A stretch of 38,929 bases of DNA. It comes from Octopus bimaculoides (taxonomy: Eukaryota). The notes under the pieces were generated by a model. The model was given only the letters and a program-made list of their open reading frames with translations. It did no database searches and was not told the origin of the DNA. The stretch lies in assembly GCF_001194135.2 (NCBI RefSeq), contig NC_068990.1:47962674-48001602 (forward strand), given 5' to 3'. The position numbers and the translations under genes were made by a program. This document shows, piece after piece, positions 11,401-24,244 of the stretch (position 1 is the stretch's first letter; each line of letters begins with the position of its first letter).

Positions 11401-14400
11401 AAAACCTCCTGAGAGAAGATTGTGATGGGGAGAGCAACCAACTTTCAAATAATAAGTGAATTGCTCTCTCATTCTTTTCCTTTTCGTTTTGTGTGTAAAA
11501 CACAACTTTTGATAGGATCATGCTTAGAATAGGTTGTATAAAGGTGCGTGGTTTGGGGTTGCCTTGGAAACAAGGCTACCTGTTTCAAGTCACAGAATGT
11601 GCATATCATAGCCATCAGTGAGACCAGACTCTACAACTTGTGGGCCTTCCAGCACATGTTTGGCGGACAATTCGACATTTATTTTTCTCCATGTCTGCTG
11701 AGAATGAGCGAAGGTGGTACCGCGGTGCTTTTTCGGAAGAGTCTGGAGCTCAAAGTAAGAGTAATATTCCTAGAGCCAGAGGGTAGACTAATTGTCTTGG
11801 ATGTCGATGGCAGTAATGAGTGTGGTTTTCAACAGATAACAGTTTATGCACCGTCCTTAACAGGTCAGCTGGATTTCTTTCAGCATCTAGAGGTTTTCCT
11901 GGGAATGTCTCGACCTTTACTTTTAATGGGGGATTGGAATGCTACCTTGGATACACATCTATACTATGTGGGTAGAGATAGGAATAGGAGGGGATGTAAA
12001 TGCCTCAAAGACCTGCTCAGACGTTTCCAATTGTCTGACAGGTACCAACTGGACCACCCGATTGCACCAATGTGAGCATGGAGCAACTGCATTGTGTCGT
12101 CCAGATCATATTTAGATAGAGTATTCTGTAGGATGATGGATAGGGATTGTGTAGGTTGTCCACAATTTCATATAGTGAGCTACACAGATCACACATTTGT
12201 GACTTGTAGAAAAGAATCATAAGCAGAGTCCCGGTTACTGGAAACTGAACATGTCGTTCACAGTGTGACAGGCTTACAAAGACTGGATTAGCATATCAGT
12301 TAAGAGGGCACTGACGGGAGCCATCATCAACAATAGATGGTGGTATGCTCTAAAGAAAGTTAGGTACAGTAAGGCTCTAGCGATAGATCGAAATAGAACA
12401 GAGGGAGACCCAGTTAAGAAATTAGAAGAGGCACATAGAAGTGGCATGGTGTTCAGCATGTTGGTGGCGAGGTTAGCTCTCGACCAACACTTCAACACCA
12501 AACACAAAGGATGTGTTGTTAGAGCTAGGATGTGTGCTCTGAGAAACAAAAGAATTGGAGCCACCCAAGAGGCTTGAGTGGCAAAGATGCAACAAGGCTA
12601 CAAAGCTATCATTGGGTCTCTGATAGATGATGAGGGACACAAATCACTCGAGCCCAAAAGGATGTGTGAGGCCTTTCAACAGCACTTTGCCCGACTGTTC
12701 GGGACAACTGTGGGTCAAAATGCAGGGTGGACTTTAGTGCCTACCTGCATGGTCTGCCATGACTCTTGGCAAGAGCGGTGTAATGTTGTGAAAGACCCAC
12801 CACAACCGCAGACATACGGGCTGCAATGGCAGGCTGTGCAGGAGACAAGTTGCCAGGCTTAGATGGTCTGCCCTACGAACTTTATTGTCATATGCTAGAC
12901 TTGTTTGGAGGCATCTTGGCAGCAGTCTACTGCAACTGGCAGCAAAACGGGAGTGAAGATTTTGGCCAAGGTGCTAGCCGACAGGTTGACGCTTGTCATC
13001 AAGAAACTGGTCAACAAGGTAGAAACATGCACCATGCTGGGCAGGAGTATCCATGACAACCTCCATCTGATGCGCTACATCATAGGCGGGGTAGTTAAAG
13101 AACTTGGTATGGGTGAGGCACTGATCAATTTGGACAAATCGAAAGCTTTTGATAGGGTCAACCATTGAAAGCTTGGAGGCTCTCCTTAGGACAGTTGGTT
13201 TCAGTCCTATTTTCTGCAGCTGGATCACTGCTTTATACAGTGGCATCCACTCGATAGTTCATGTAACTGGTCATCTATCTAGACCATTTAACATCACATG
13301 TTCAGTCCATCAAGGATGCCTCCCTCTTGTCGTTTCTGTATGTATTGACTTTAGAGCCACTACTGAAGAAGCTGGCAATGCCGAGGGGCATCCTGCGAGA
13401 ACTGGGATGCAGGAGGAGCATGTCTGCATATGCAGACGTTACAATTATAGTGTTGAGCCACAGGCACATTTACCTAGTGGGTGAAACACTAAAAGAATAT
13501 GAAGCAGTAACAGGAGCAAAAATTACCCGGAAAAGTCAGTGGGCTTACAGCTCAGCACCTGGAGAATCAAGCCCATGCCATCCAACAGCGTTTCCATCAT
13601 GAGACACTGGACTGACGAACCGGTTAAATTGCTTGGCATCTGGTTCAGACCAGACCTCCAAATGGAGAAGTACTGGGATGAGATAATGAGTAAAGTGGCT
13701 ATTCTCACCCAGCAATGGGCTGAGAGGAAGCTATCCCTAAAACGCCAGGTGGAGGTGGCGAATGCGTACATCGCATCCATCATCTATTACCGTCTGACCG
13801 TCATACCTTGTCCCGACCTTACCCTCACCAAACTGGAACACATAATCTTCCGCTTTTTGTGTAAGGGAAGTGTTCTGATGGTTAGGGAATCCATTTGCTG
13901 TCAACACCTGCTAAATGGAGGGCTGGGCATGCCGTGGTTGATGATGTGCAGACATGCACTGAAACTGCAACATCTCTGGCACTTCATAGATGATGGTGAA
14001 CAGGTGTGGTCACTGTTTGTGAGATGCGCTTTCTCGCAGTTCATCTCTTTGGCCAAACTGCAGTCATGGATCAAACAGAGATTGAGGCTAGGCGAATGGC
14101 ACTGTGAGTGCCACCTTGTTCTCAAGCAACTCTGCTGTCCGGGACCAAACTTGTACAACTTCAATTCCATGAAGGCATTCTATAGAGGATTAGTAGAGTG
14201 AAGGTACGACAACATTCTTGAGGAGAATCTGGGCGTCGACGAGGAACACCTGATGCACCTCTTCAGGACTACTTTCAGGCTGGGACCTATGGACAATCGC
14301 CAGAGATCCCTGGCCTACCAGGGCTATTGGGAGGCATTGCCTGTTTGGGATAAGCTCTATAGGCATGATTTGAGAAACACCAGACCAACTTGCCTGAGAT

Positions 14401-14814
14401 GCGGTCAGAGCGATGAAACCGTTCTGCATGTACTTGTGCAGTGTCCAACCATTTCAGACCTGTAGGCTTATGTTGAACAGCTGCTGTCACATGTGGGACG
14501 AATTCGGTTATCGGCCAAGTCTATCATGAATATTGCCCCACCACCTTCTTTTAACTGGGAAGGCAAGGTAGTTTCCATTATACTGATGGCTATGGTGAAA
14601 GAATGTGTGTGGGGAACTCATGTGAAAGGTTTAGAGACAAACACTTTCCTCTCTGGCCAATTGTTCATCAACCTTTTCAAGTACCACTTGAAAAGGAAGG
14701 TGAGAATAGAGAGGGAAGTTTTGTCTTATGGAAGTTTCTATAAAAGGTGGGTGAATGTAGTAAAGATGTATGCATGAATGACGAAACCACTTTGAGCATG
14801 ATCCTGTAAATCCA

Positions 14815-14855
<41 letters not shown>

Positions 14856-15086
14856 TTTGCTCTCAAGTTTTTCTTTCCCTGCCTGAGGTTACCGTGGTCT
14901 TTTACGTAGGCTTTTCTTTCCACAGATAAACCTAATCTGTTTTAAATTTTTACTCCCCCTTATTTTGCTGTTTACATGTATCAAACGCTTTCCATCCCAC
15001 TTGATAATATTTTTTTTTCTCTTTTGAAAAGAAAAGTTCCAAATTGTATTGTCCCTTCTGCGTTCAGTCCTGTGTGACTAATAAAG

Positions 15087-15124
<38 letters not shown>

Positions 15125-18057
15125 ACACACACACATATACACACACATATTCATACATATATACATGCATATATATATCATCATCATCATTTAACATCCA
15201 TTGTCCATGCTGGTATGGGTTGAATGGTTTTGACCAGAGTTAGCAAGCTAAGGGACTGTACCACACTCCAGTCTGATTTGGCATAGTTTCTATGGCTGGA
15301 TGCTCTTCCTAATGCCAACCACTCTGAGAATATAATGGGCACTTTTACGTGTCACCAGCATGGGTGACAGTTGTGTGACACCAGAATCTGCCATGACTAT
15401 GATATCACTTGGCCTAATAGGTCTTCTATTCAAGCACAGCATGTTGCTGAAGATCTCGGTCATTTGTCATTGTTTCTGTGAAACCCAATACTCAAACGTG
15501 CTTCTTACGTACCATTGGAACAGGTACTAGTTGCATGACACCAGCACGGATGCTAGTTACATGACAGTGGCATTGGCCACATTGCCTCCATGAGGCCCAA
15601 CACTCAAAGGGTGCTTATTACGTGCCACTGGCACGGATGCTACTTACATGACACCAGCATCGACCATATTGCTTCTGTGAGGCCTAACGCTTGATAGATG
15701 GTTTTACATGCCACTGGCACAGGTGCTAGTTATCACTAGCATCAGCCATGACTACAATTTTACTTGGCTTGACAGGTCTTCTCAAGCACAATATATTGCC
15801 AAAGGTCTCGGTCACTAGTCAGTGCCTCCGTGAGGTGCAACATTTGAAGATCATGCTTCACCAACTCATCCCATGTCTTCCTAGGTCTACCTCTTCCACA
15901 GGTTCTCTCCAGTTAGAGATTGGCACTTCTTTACCCAACAAACCTTGCATCACATGACCATACCAGTGCAGTAGTCTCTCTTGCACACCACATCTGATGT
16001 CTCTTATGCCCAACTTTTCTCTCAATTGCACATCCAGTGAAGCATGCTAGTTTCATTTCTTTCAAGCCTACACATGACCTCAGTGGTCACAGTCCATGTT
16101 TCACTGCTGTGTAGCATAGCTGTTCATCCACAGGAATCATACAGTTTGCCTTTCGCTCTGAGAGAGAAGCCTTTTGTTACCTACAGAGGTGGGAACTCTC
16201 TGAACTTTGCCCAGTGTATTCTTATTCTCGCAGTTATGTTCTTGGAGCATGCACCTCCACTACTGACCTGGTCACCTAGATAAAGGAAGCTATCGACTAC
16301 CTCTAGCTTACCCTTCTGGCATTTGATGAAATCTATTTTCTGTACATTTTTAGTGTTTTTTGTACCTGTGCACCTTCCATACACAAAAACTCTTTTCCCA
16401 GTTAACCTCTAATATTGCTGCACCTCCTATATACCCATAGCTTGCATCAGCTACGTCTTATGGAATTTCTACATATGCCTTTCCTACAGATTGAGCAAGG
16501 CCATCTACCTAAAAGCGTTTATGATTTGTTTGCTTTTCTACTTTGGCTTTTGCTAGGTTAACTCTTAGGCCCTTCGATTCTAAACTCTGTTTCCACAACT
16601 GAAATTTCTTCTCTAGTTCTGGTAGTGATTTAGGTATGAGAACAAAGTCATCAGCATAGTGAAAATCCCAGGGGCAACCTGTCTTAAATTCCTGCTTCCT
16701 AGCTTCCTTTCTAACTGCATGATATAGCTCCTTGCTACTTCACCCTTCCAGTCCCTCTAAGCTTGTTTCTTTGCTCTAATGGCCCTATCAACTACAGTGT
16801 TCCACCACCATGTCATCCTAGGTCTGGTTGGGACTTCACACCACCCACAAATTTGGTTTGTGGCTCTCAGTAAGTTGTCTCACAGGAACTTCCAGTTATC
16901 TTCTATATTACAAGTCTGTAACTCCTCCTCCTTGTCATCAAATGATTCATTTAAGAAGTCCCTAAACCTCTGACTATTCAAAGGATCCTTAAGTTTTCAG
17001 ATCTTTCTTTTCCAAACTGGCTTGCTTCTTGGGTTCCTTCGTGCCTGTAGTTTGAAGTTACTAATGAGTAATCTATGTTGAAGGGTACATTCTTCACCAA
17101 GGAAAGTCTTTGCAATAAAGAGCAACCATGAATCCTTTCTCCAGTGAGAATGTAGTTAATCTGGCTAGAATGGTTACTGGATTTATAGATTACCAGGTGA
17201 CTGGCAGGCTTTCAGAAGTTGGTGTTGCAGATCATTAGGTTATTTGAAACACTGAACTCTAACAACCTTTTTTCCTTCCTCATTTGAAGAACCAATTCCA
17301 TGGCCCCTATGCACCCCATGAAAGACACATAGGTGCTGCCCAACATGCCTACTGAAATACCAGCCATGAAGATAAGGTCACTGTCATTTATCTTCGAAGT
17401 GACCGGCAAAATAGTGTCATAAAAGCAGTCCTTTTGATCATTTGGCAGACCCAATTGTGGGGCATAGGCTGAGATGATTGTTGCTGTGCTATTCACCATA
17501 ACTAATCTAAGCATAACATATTCTGAGTGCTTCAATCACCTTATTTATCCATTTCTCTGATAGAAGTATACTAACACCTCCTACCCCATCACTGTTGCCC
17601 TCCCAGAAGAATTTATACCTATGCCTTTTGTCAGTGAGGAACCTGGCTGAAGCTCCCTTTCACCAAACTTCTTGGATGCAGCACACATCAGTACATCTCC
17701 TTTCAAGCATCTCAACAATCTCACCAGACCTACCATTCAATGTACCTACACTGACAGTGCTAACTCTAAGGGAATGTGTGGGGAATCAGGAGGTAACATG
17801 AAGGGGAAACTATGGCTATTGGTATATGTAAAGAAGGTTGTAATGAGCATTTGCCAGATATGACATAACAGCTGTCTTCATATTTAATCCACCATTGTTC
17901 ATGTTACACTTGCTACCTCCATTAGTACAGCAGTGTTAGTATAGATAGCAATAAATATAGATAAGTTGTCTTAGGTTAACTGGTTAGTTATTGTTACCAC
18001 TATTGGTGTGGGTGCCATATATCATTATTAGTACAAAGCAAAGTTAATATAAATTAA

Positions 18058-18095
<38 letters not shown>

Positions 18096-18254
18096 CCAAA
18101 GTGTACAGTATTATATATCCATCATGGCTGATCTTACCAATTGGTTTCACACTAGGGGTAGAATGAAGCGTTAGGTAACAATCCAATTATATAACCCTCT
18201 GCTCATCAGAGGTAGCTGATATAGATTATATATATATATATATANNNNNNNNNN

Positions 18255-18287
<33 letters not shown>

Positions 18288-21200
18288 CACACACACACAC
18301 ACATGCATGCACATGGGCATGCATACACACACAAACGTTTTCTCTATGTTAATCTATGAGAAAGATTCATAATGCCTAGTTGAAGGTACTATAATAAATG
18401 ATAAATGATAAAAACACAAATTTCAACATTAATACTTCGTTGTTACTTGCACCTGCATAATTAGTTCATAATTCATATATCCTGTATATCCCTTAATATG
18501 TAAAAGGCTAACATTTTCAATTGCATTTTCTGCATTTTTATGTTTTGATGAATAGAGATGGGGTATTGATAAATGAATTTATACATAGACTGCTGTGCTA
18601 AGTATTTGGGTATATTTACATGGCTAACAGTTTTTGAAGGTACCAAGAGCACAAAGATTGATCTCCCTTGCATAAGTGACAGTAACAGTTCCTTTTTGTT
18701 TTCTAACACAAAATAGTTTGGGAGTAAATACTTCAACACTGAGTTGAATATTATCTTTTTTATAATAACCATTTCTAACTGAGACACAAGGCCAGCAATT
18801 TTGAGGGGTGGGAGTTAATACCATTGACTTAGCTGGCACTATATTTTGTTAACTCCAAGAAGATAAAAGACAAAATGTTGACCTTAGTAAGATTTGAACA
18901 CAAAATGTAAAGAGTTGTAACATGTACTACAAAGCATTTTCATCCAATACTCTAATGATTCTGCCAGCTAATCATTTTATAATAATTCTTTCTTCTATAG
19001 GTACAAGGACTGAAGTTTTTGGGAAGGGAACTAATCAATTACATCAACCGTAGTTGCTCATCTGGCACTTACATTTTTGACCCTGAAAAGATGAAAGGCA
19101 AAGTTGACCTTGGTGGTATTTGAACACAGAATGTGAGGCCTAAAGAAATGCTGCTAAGCCTTTTGTCCAATACGGTAATGATTCTATCAGATTCCTGCTG
19201 CCTTTGCCATTTTTGTAATATCAGTTAGTAACTGCTATGTATCACACCTTGAAATATAAAATTATCCATTCTGTTTATGATGCAAAACTAAAATTTAGAG
19301 TTGATTTAATTTAATGAGCTACCATTTATGTTGCTTTAGTAAGTTTCACCTATGATTGATAGTTGATATAAAAGATAGTGGTTTAAATATCAAAATATTT
19401 TGTTTTATCTGATTCCATCCTTTTAATGATTAAAGATATAATGACATCATACTGTTGTGACTCACAATTCAATGGGTACATATTTTATCTGTAATAATAA
19501 GAATATTTCAATTTGGTAATCACCAGTGTAATGAAGATATACTTTGGTTGATTTCAGAGATAGATGAGGTCATGATGACAACAGGGAAAAATTGACAAAA
19601 GAAAAGAGAATCCCAGAGATGATTTAGCAAACATATTGGAAATTAGCAGACAGACAAATCTATATATAGAGAAAAGGGTGCCAAAACCAAAATATTAATG
19701 ATCTCTTGCTTATACCAGAGATTTGAGTGATCACTTCTTTGCTGACATCATCAATCATTGAGTGAATTGCATTTGTGTGGCTTAGTTGTTTTTTGTGTTT
19801 AGACACAATGATTTCTACAAGAGATTTCATAGGTGAGTTGTTTGCTAATGTCATCTCTCTCTAACAAAATCTTGATTGTGTCTTTATTTTCAAATGCATT
19901 GATTTGGGTCTGATTCCTTGATGGTGAGTTCATTTTGGGGATTCAGCCAAATATCCTTGCTATATATCTAATTGCCTTATATATCATATGTGTTAAATTT
20001 CAAATAATTTAACTCTTTATTAGTAAGTAGAGATTTATGTACCTATTTATTTAATTATCTATTTGTTAATATATAATTTTTAAAAATATTCTTATTATAT
20101 TTTATTTATCTTTTCAATATTTATTTTTTTAGGCTATATTTTCAATGTTTATTTCACTTTACCTTTATTTATTTATTTCTTTTTTTCCTAACATCATTTG
20201 AAAATTGGTCTCTTTGCCATCTACTTTCATATTTGGCAATTTTCTTAAATAAAATGCTTGAGATAAGACAGACTGAAACTGTAGTTTACACCAAAATTGC
20301 TGGTCTTCCACCAAAATTTGGAGACATTATTTAGATTAGTGCTATTTGATCTACTCCAGAGTTGTGTATTCGTAAGTGTCAGGATTTACAGAAAGAGAAC
20401 TGCTAGTCTGAACAAGAATAAAAAAGAATAATTACCTTTACCCCACACATGAGCAAAACCTGAAATAATGCAAGCAATCCCTGATAAAATAGTAGATGTA
20501 CAATAAAGAGGTTTTCTTCCAAGTCTGTCCAGAGTGAATATAAGGATGATATATGCTGGAATCTCAGCTAACCCAGAGAGGAAGGAACTTAGATATAAAT
20601 TACTAGTCAAGTCTCCTGAGCTAAACAGAAGTCCATAATATACCATGTTGATGACACCCCTGTGAATATAAAAAATAGCAATATTTTAAGTATATATATA
20701 ATTTGAAGGGAAGTAGGAGTTCTAAGCATGTGATACAGAAGATTGGAGTTAAGCTTTTATCAGTTTAGTTGTAGCATTTGATATAAGATGAAAAAAGATA
20801 TGGTGACAGTCATTTTGGGGTTTTTTTCCACAGTGGATATTATCTGTTGGTTGTAACTCCAGACTGAAGTGTTACCATTTTTTTTTTTTCATTTTACCCC
20901 CAGTATAAAAGGCAGGATTTGAACTCAGACCACACAGAACTGGAATAGATTGTGAAAGGCATCAAGCCAAAAATTCTGATAATTATACACTAATTCATTG
21001 CTCTGCTTTGGTACTTACTTTATTCATCAATTCCAAAAGGATGAAAGGCAAAGTTGACCTTATCTGGATTTGAACACAGAATGCAGAGAACTAGGAAAAA
21101 ATATCACAAAGCATTCTGACACTTTGATAACTTTGCCAATTCACTACCTTATAAAAAAATGGTAATTTTTTTCTGTATAACAAGTACTAGCACTGGCCAA

Positions 21201-21572
21201 AATCCTGACATTGTTCAGCATATTGAATTGAATCACCATGGTACTTATTTACAGCCAGGTGAACTCGTCATTTGTGAGTTAAGTGTCCTTAGCCAAAGAC
21301 ACAATACTGTGCTACCAACAGGAATCAAGCCAGCTGGTTGTTTTGAACCTCCTGGCTGGTTGTTTTGAACCAAATATATGGAAACAGGCATGACTCTGTG
21401 GATGAGAGGTTTGCTTCACAACTACATTGTTTCAGGTTTAATTCCAGAACACTGCTACTAGTGCAAGTATCTACTATAGTCTTGGGTTGACCAATGCTTT
21501 AAGCAGAAATTGCTAGAAGAAACTGTGATGAATCCCTTTGTGTGCGTGTATATATATATATACACACACACA

Positions 21573-21606
<34 letters not shown>

Positions 21607-24202
21607 TAAACAATTATCTGTTTCATAAATAAATATCAATAGAATGAGTACCAAACTAAGTGCTGGGATTGATATTATTGACCAAAACCTGGTTTAAATG
21701 CTAAAGGATTAATGTAATTCTGAGTCACAATCAACATTACACAGCATGACAAAACTATATCTGTTGAATTACTGGTACAATCCATCAGGTGAGCTTCTGT
21801 ACAGTTTCTGTCTCACTGATTTTACTTTCAATGTATGGGTCAACCTGATGCTATCAAAAATATTTGCTTCTGATACCATGCAATGAGAACGAGCCTGGAG
21901 TCTTGTGAATAAGAAACAAACTTCTTAACCGTTTAACCATAACAGATAATAAAAGAAACAAATAAGTACAGACGTGGTTGTGTGGTAAAAAAAAGTTTGC
22001 AACTTCAGAGTTTTGAATTCAATCCCACTGTGCTGCTCCTTGAATTAACCAAATAGTTAAATTTGATAGAAATTGTATAGAAGGCTGTTGTATGTATGTG
22101 TGTATGTGTGTGTGTATTATATGTATGTGTGTGTGTTTACATTTACTTCCTGTAACTTAGTGGGTCAAAGAATAAAGATCAATAAAAACATAGAAAAATA
22201 TATTTTCTTACCAATTAAAAAAAATGATTAGACTACGCGAAAATAGAATTCTAGATTTAAATAAATCAATCAAACTGCCTTTTTTAGTGTTACAAATAAT
22301 TGGTTCTTCAAGATCGGCATCATCTTCAGGAAATTCTGTTTTATTGGTTTTAGCTATTTTTCTGTAGATATTTTGTGCTTCTTCAAATTTACCTTGTGAA
22401 GCCAACCATCGTGGAGATTCATTTACGAAACTATCAGAGAGAAGACATAATTGATTTTAATGTTTAAAGAATGAAACAGATGGAAATGTTATATACACAC
22501 CACAAAATTGATAAAATATATAGTAACGGTATTGGAATTTTTAAAAAGTAATAAAATAGTAAATAAATGGATATCTGAGAGTTTCAGTGAGCAGGTGGCT
22601 CAGTTGTTCAACAAACTGAGCTGCCTCATCATTGAACCAGTGTGTAAGTGGCTGAGTACTCCACAAATATGCATACTCTTAATTTAGTTCTCAGATGGGA
22701 TCTACATGATAGATTGGATCTTTAAATCACAAGTGCAACCCATCCCATAGGTTTTGAAGGGAGTGCTCCAGCATGACCACAGTTGAATCACTGAAACCAG
22801 TAAAAACAATATGAAGTCAAAGACCTTCAAGAGGTGGTGCATTAAAAAGTTATGAAGTTCCTTCATTTCCAAAGATTTCCTAGGAAGGTAAAATAAGTGA
22901 AGTGGAATCCAAGTAATTTTAACGTCCGCTTCTCTAGGCTTTCATGGGTCAGACAGAATTTGCTGAATTAGATATTCTACAGAAAGTGGCCTTTCCTGTT
23001 GTCAACCCTCATCTGTTTCCAAGCAAGGCAATATTTCCCCTTGGCCCAACATATTTTCCACAGAAGACTGGAAATGAACAGTGCTTGTTTGCAAGTGTTA
23101 CACAGTGTCAAGCCAAGAGAACACACAAACACACATACATAGCTGTATAAATACATACATTCATACACACACATACACACAGGCACGCACGCACGCATGC
23201 ACACACACACACACACCCACATACACACACACACAGGGTTGGCCAAAAGTCACCCGTCAGTAAATCAAAATTCCATAAATACTATCTGTAATTCTATATT
23301 GACTCAAACAAAAAATGTTCAGTTTGAACAATTTTTTTATGATGTTTCATATTTAGATGTTTTTATTAAATTCATTTATTGTTAAACATAAATAAATCTT
23401 GGAATTAAATGGTTTTGATTTACTGTCAGGTGACTTTTGGCCAGCCATGCATATCTATATATATATACACACACACACATTGAAGCAGAGCTGATGTTGA
23501 CATTATGACTGATTACTTTGTATTTTCAAAAGACTTCTGGTTGTAAAATCTCACTTCAGATAAATCTCCATCCAAACCCATGCCAGCATGGAAAAACAGT
23601 CATTAAACCATATATATATGAATATATATATANNNNNNNNNNNNNNNNNNNNNNNNNNNNNNNNNNNNNNNNNNNNNNNNNNNNNNNNNNNNNNNNNNNN
23701 NNNNNNNNNNNNNNNNNNNNNNNNNNNNNNNNNNNNNNNNNNNNNNNNNNNNNNNNNNNNNNNTATAAAAAATGAGAATGTGTCTGTCTGCCTGTGTGTC
23801 TGTGTGAATCCCTAAAACTCGAGAACTACACAACTAATTTCATTCAAATTTTACACATGCCTTACTTAGGGTCCCAGTTGTGTTTTAGTCAAAAAAAATT
23901 TTGTAACTTCTTGCATAGTTCGAGCCCACAGCAACATAATATCTCCTCCACTATTTAAGTATTACGTGTCAAAAGTGAAACAAAAACACTCATGTCAAAT
24001 ACTTTCACTTTAAAAACGAAACTATTCCACTATTTCACTATCAGAACTGAAACAATCACATTTCGATACTGTAATGACACATACTATCATTTTAATACTT
24101 TCATTTTCATACTGAATCTATTACAGTGAAACTATACTCTCACATATATACAGGCATACATACATGCATATATATATCTGCACAAATGTATCCATATACA
24201 TG

Positions 24203-24244
<42 letters not shown>

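Noticed and set aside
18473-18839. Two overlapping minus-strand ORFs in the host orientation
   Set aside because: No recognisable motif or fitting splice sites; the SLC22 frame is already complete across this intron.
19660-19854. Minus ORF faintly resembling a LINE RT segment, plus a nearby hydrophobic frame ([10 protein letters not shown])
   Set aside because: Similarity too weak; the true TM10 exon is at 9110-8929.
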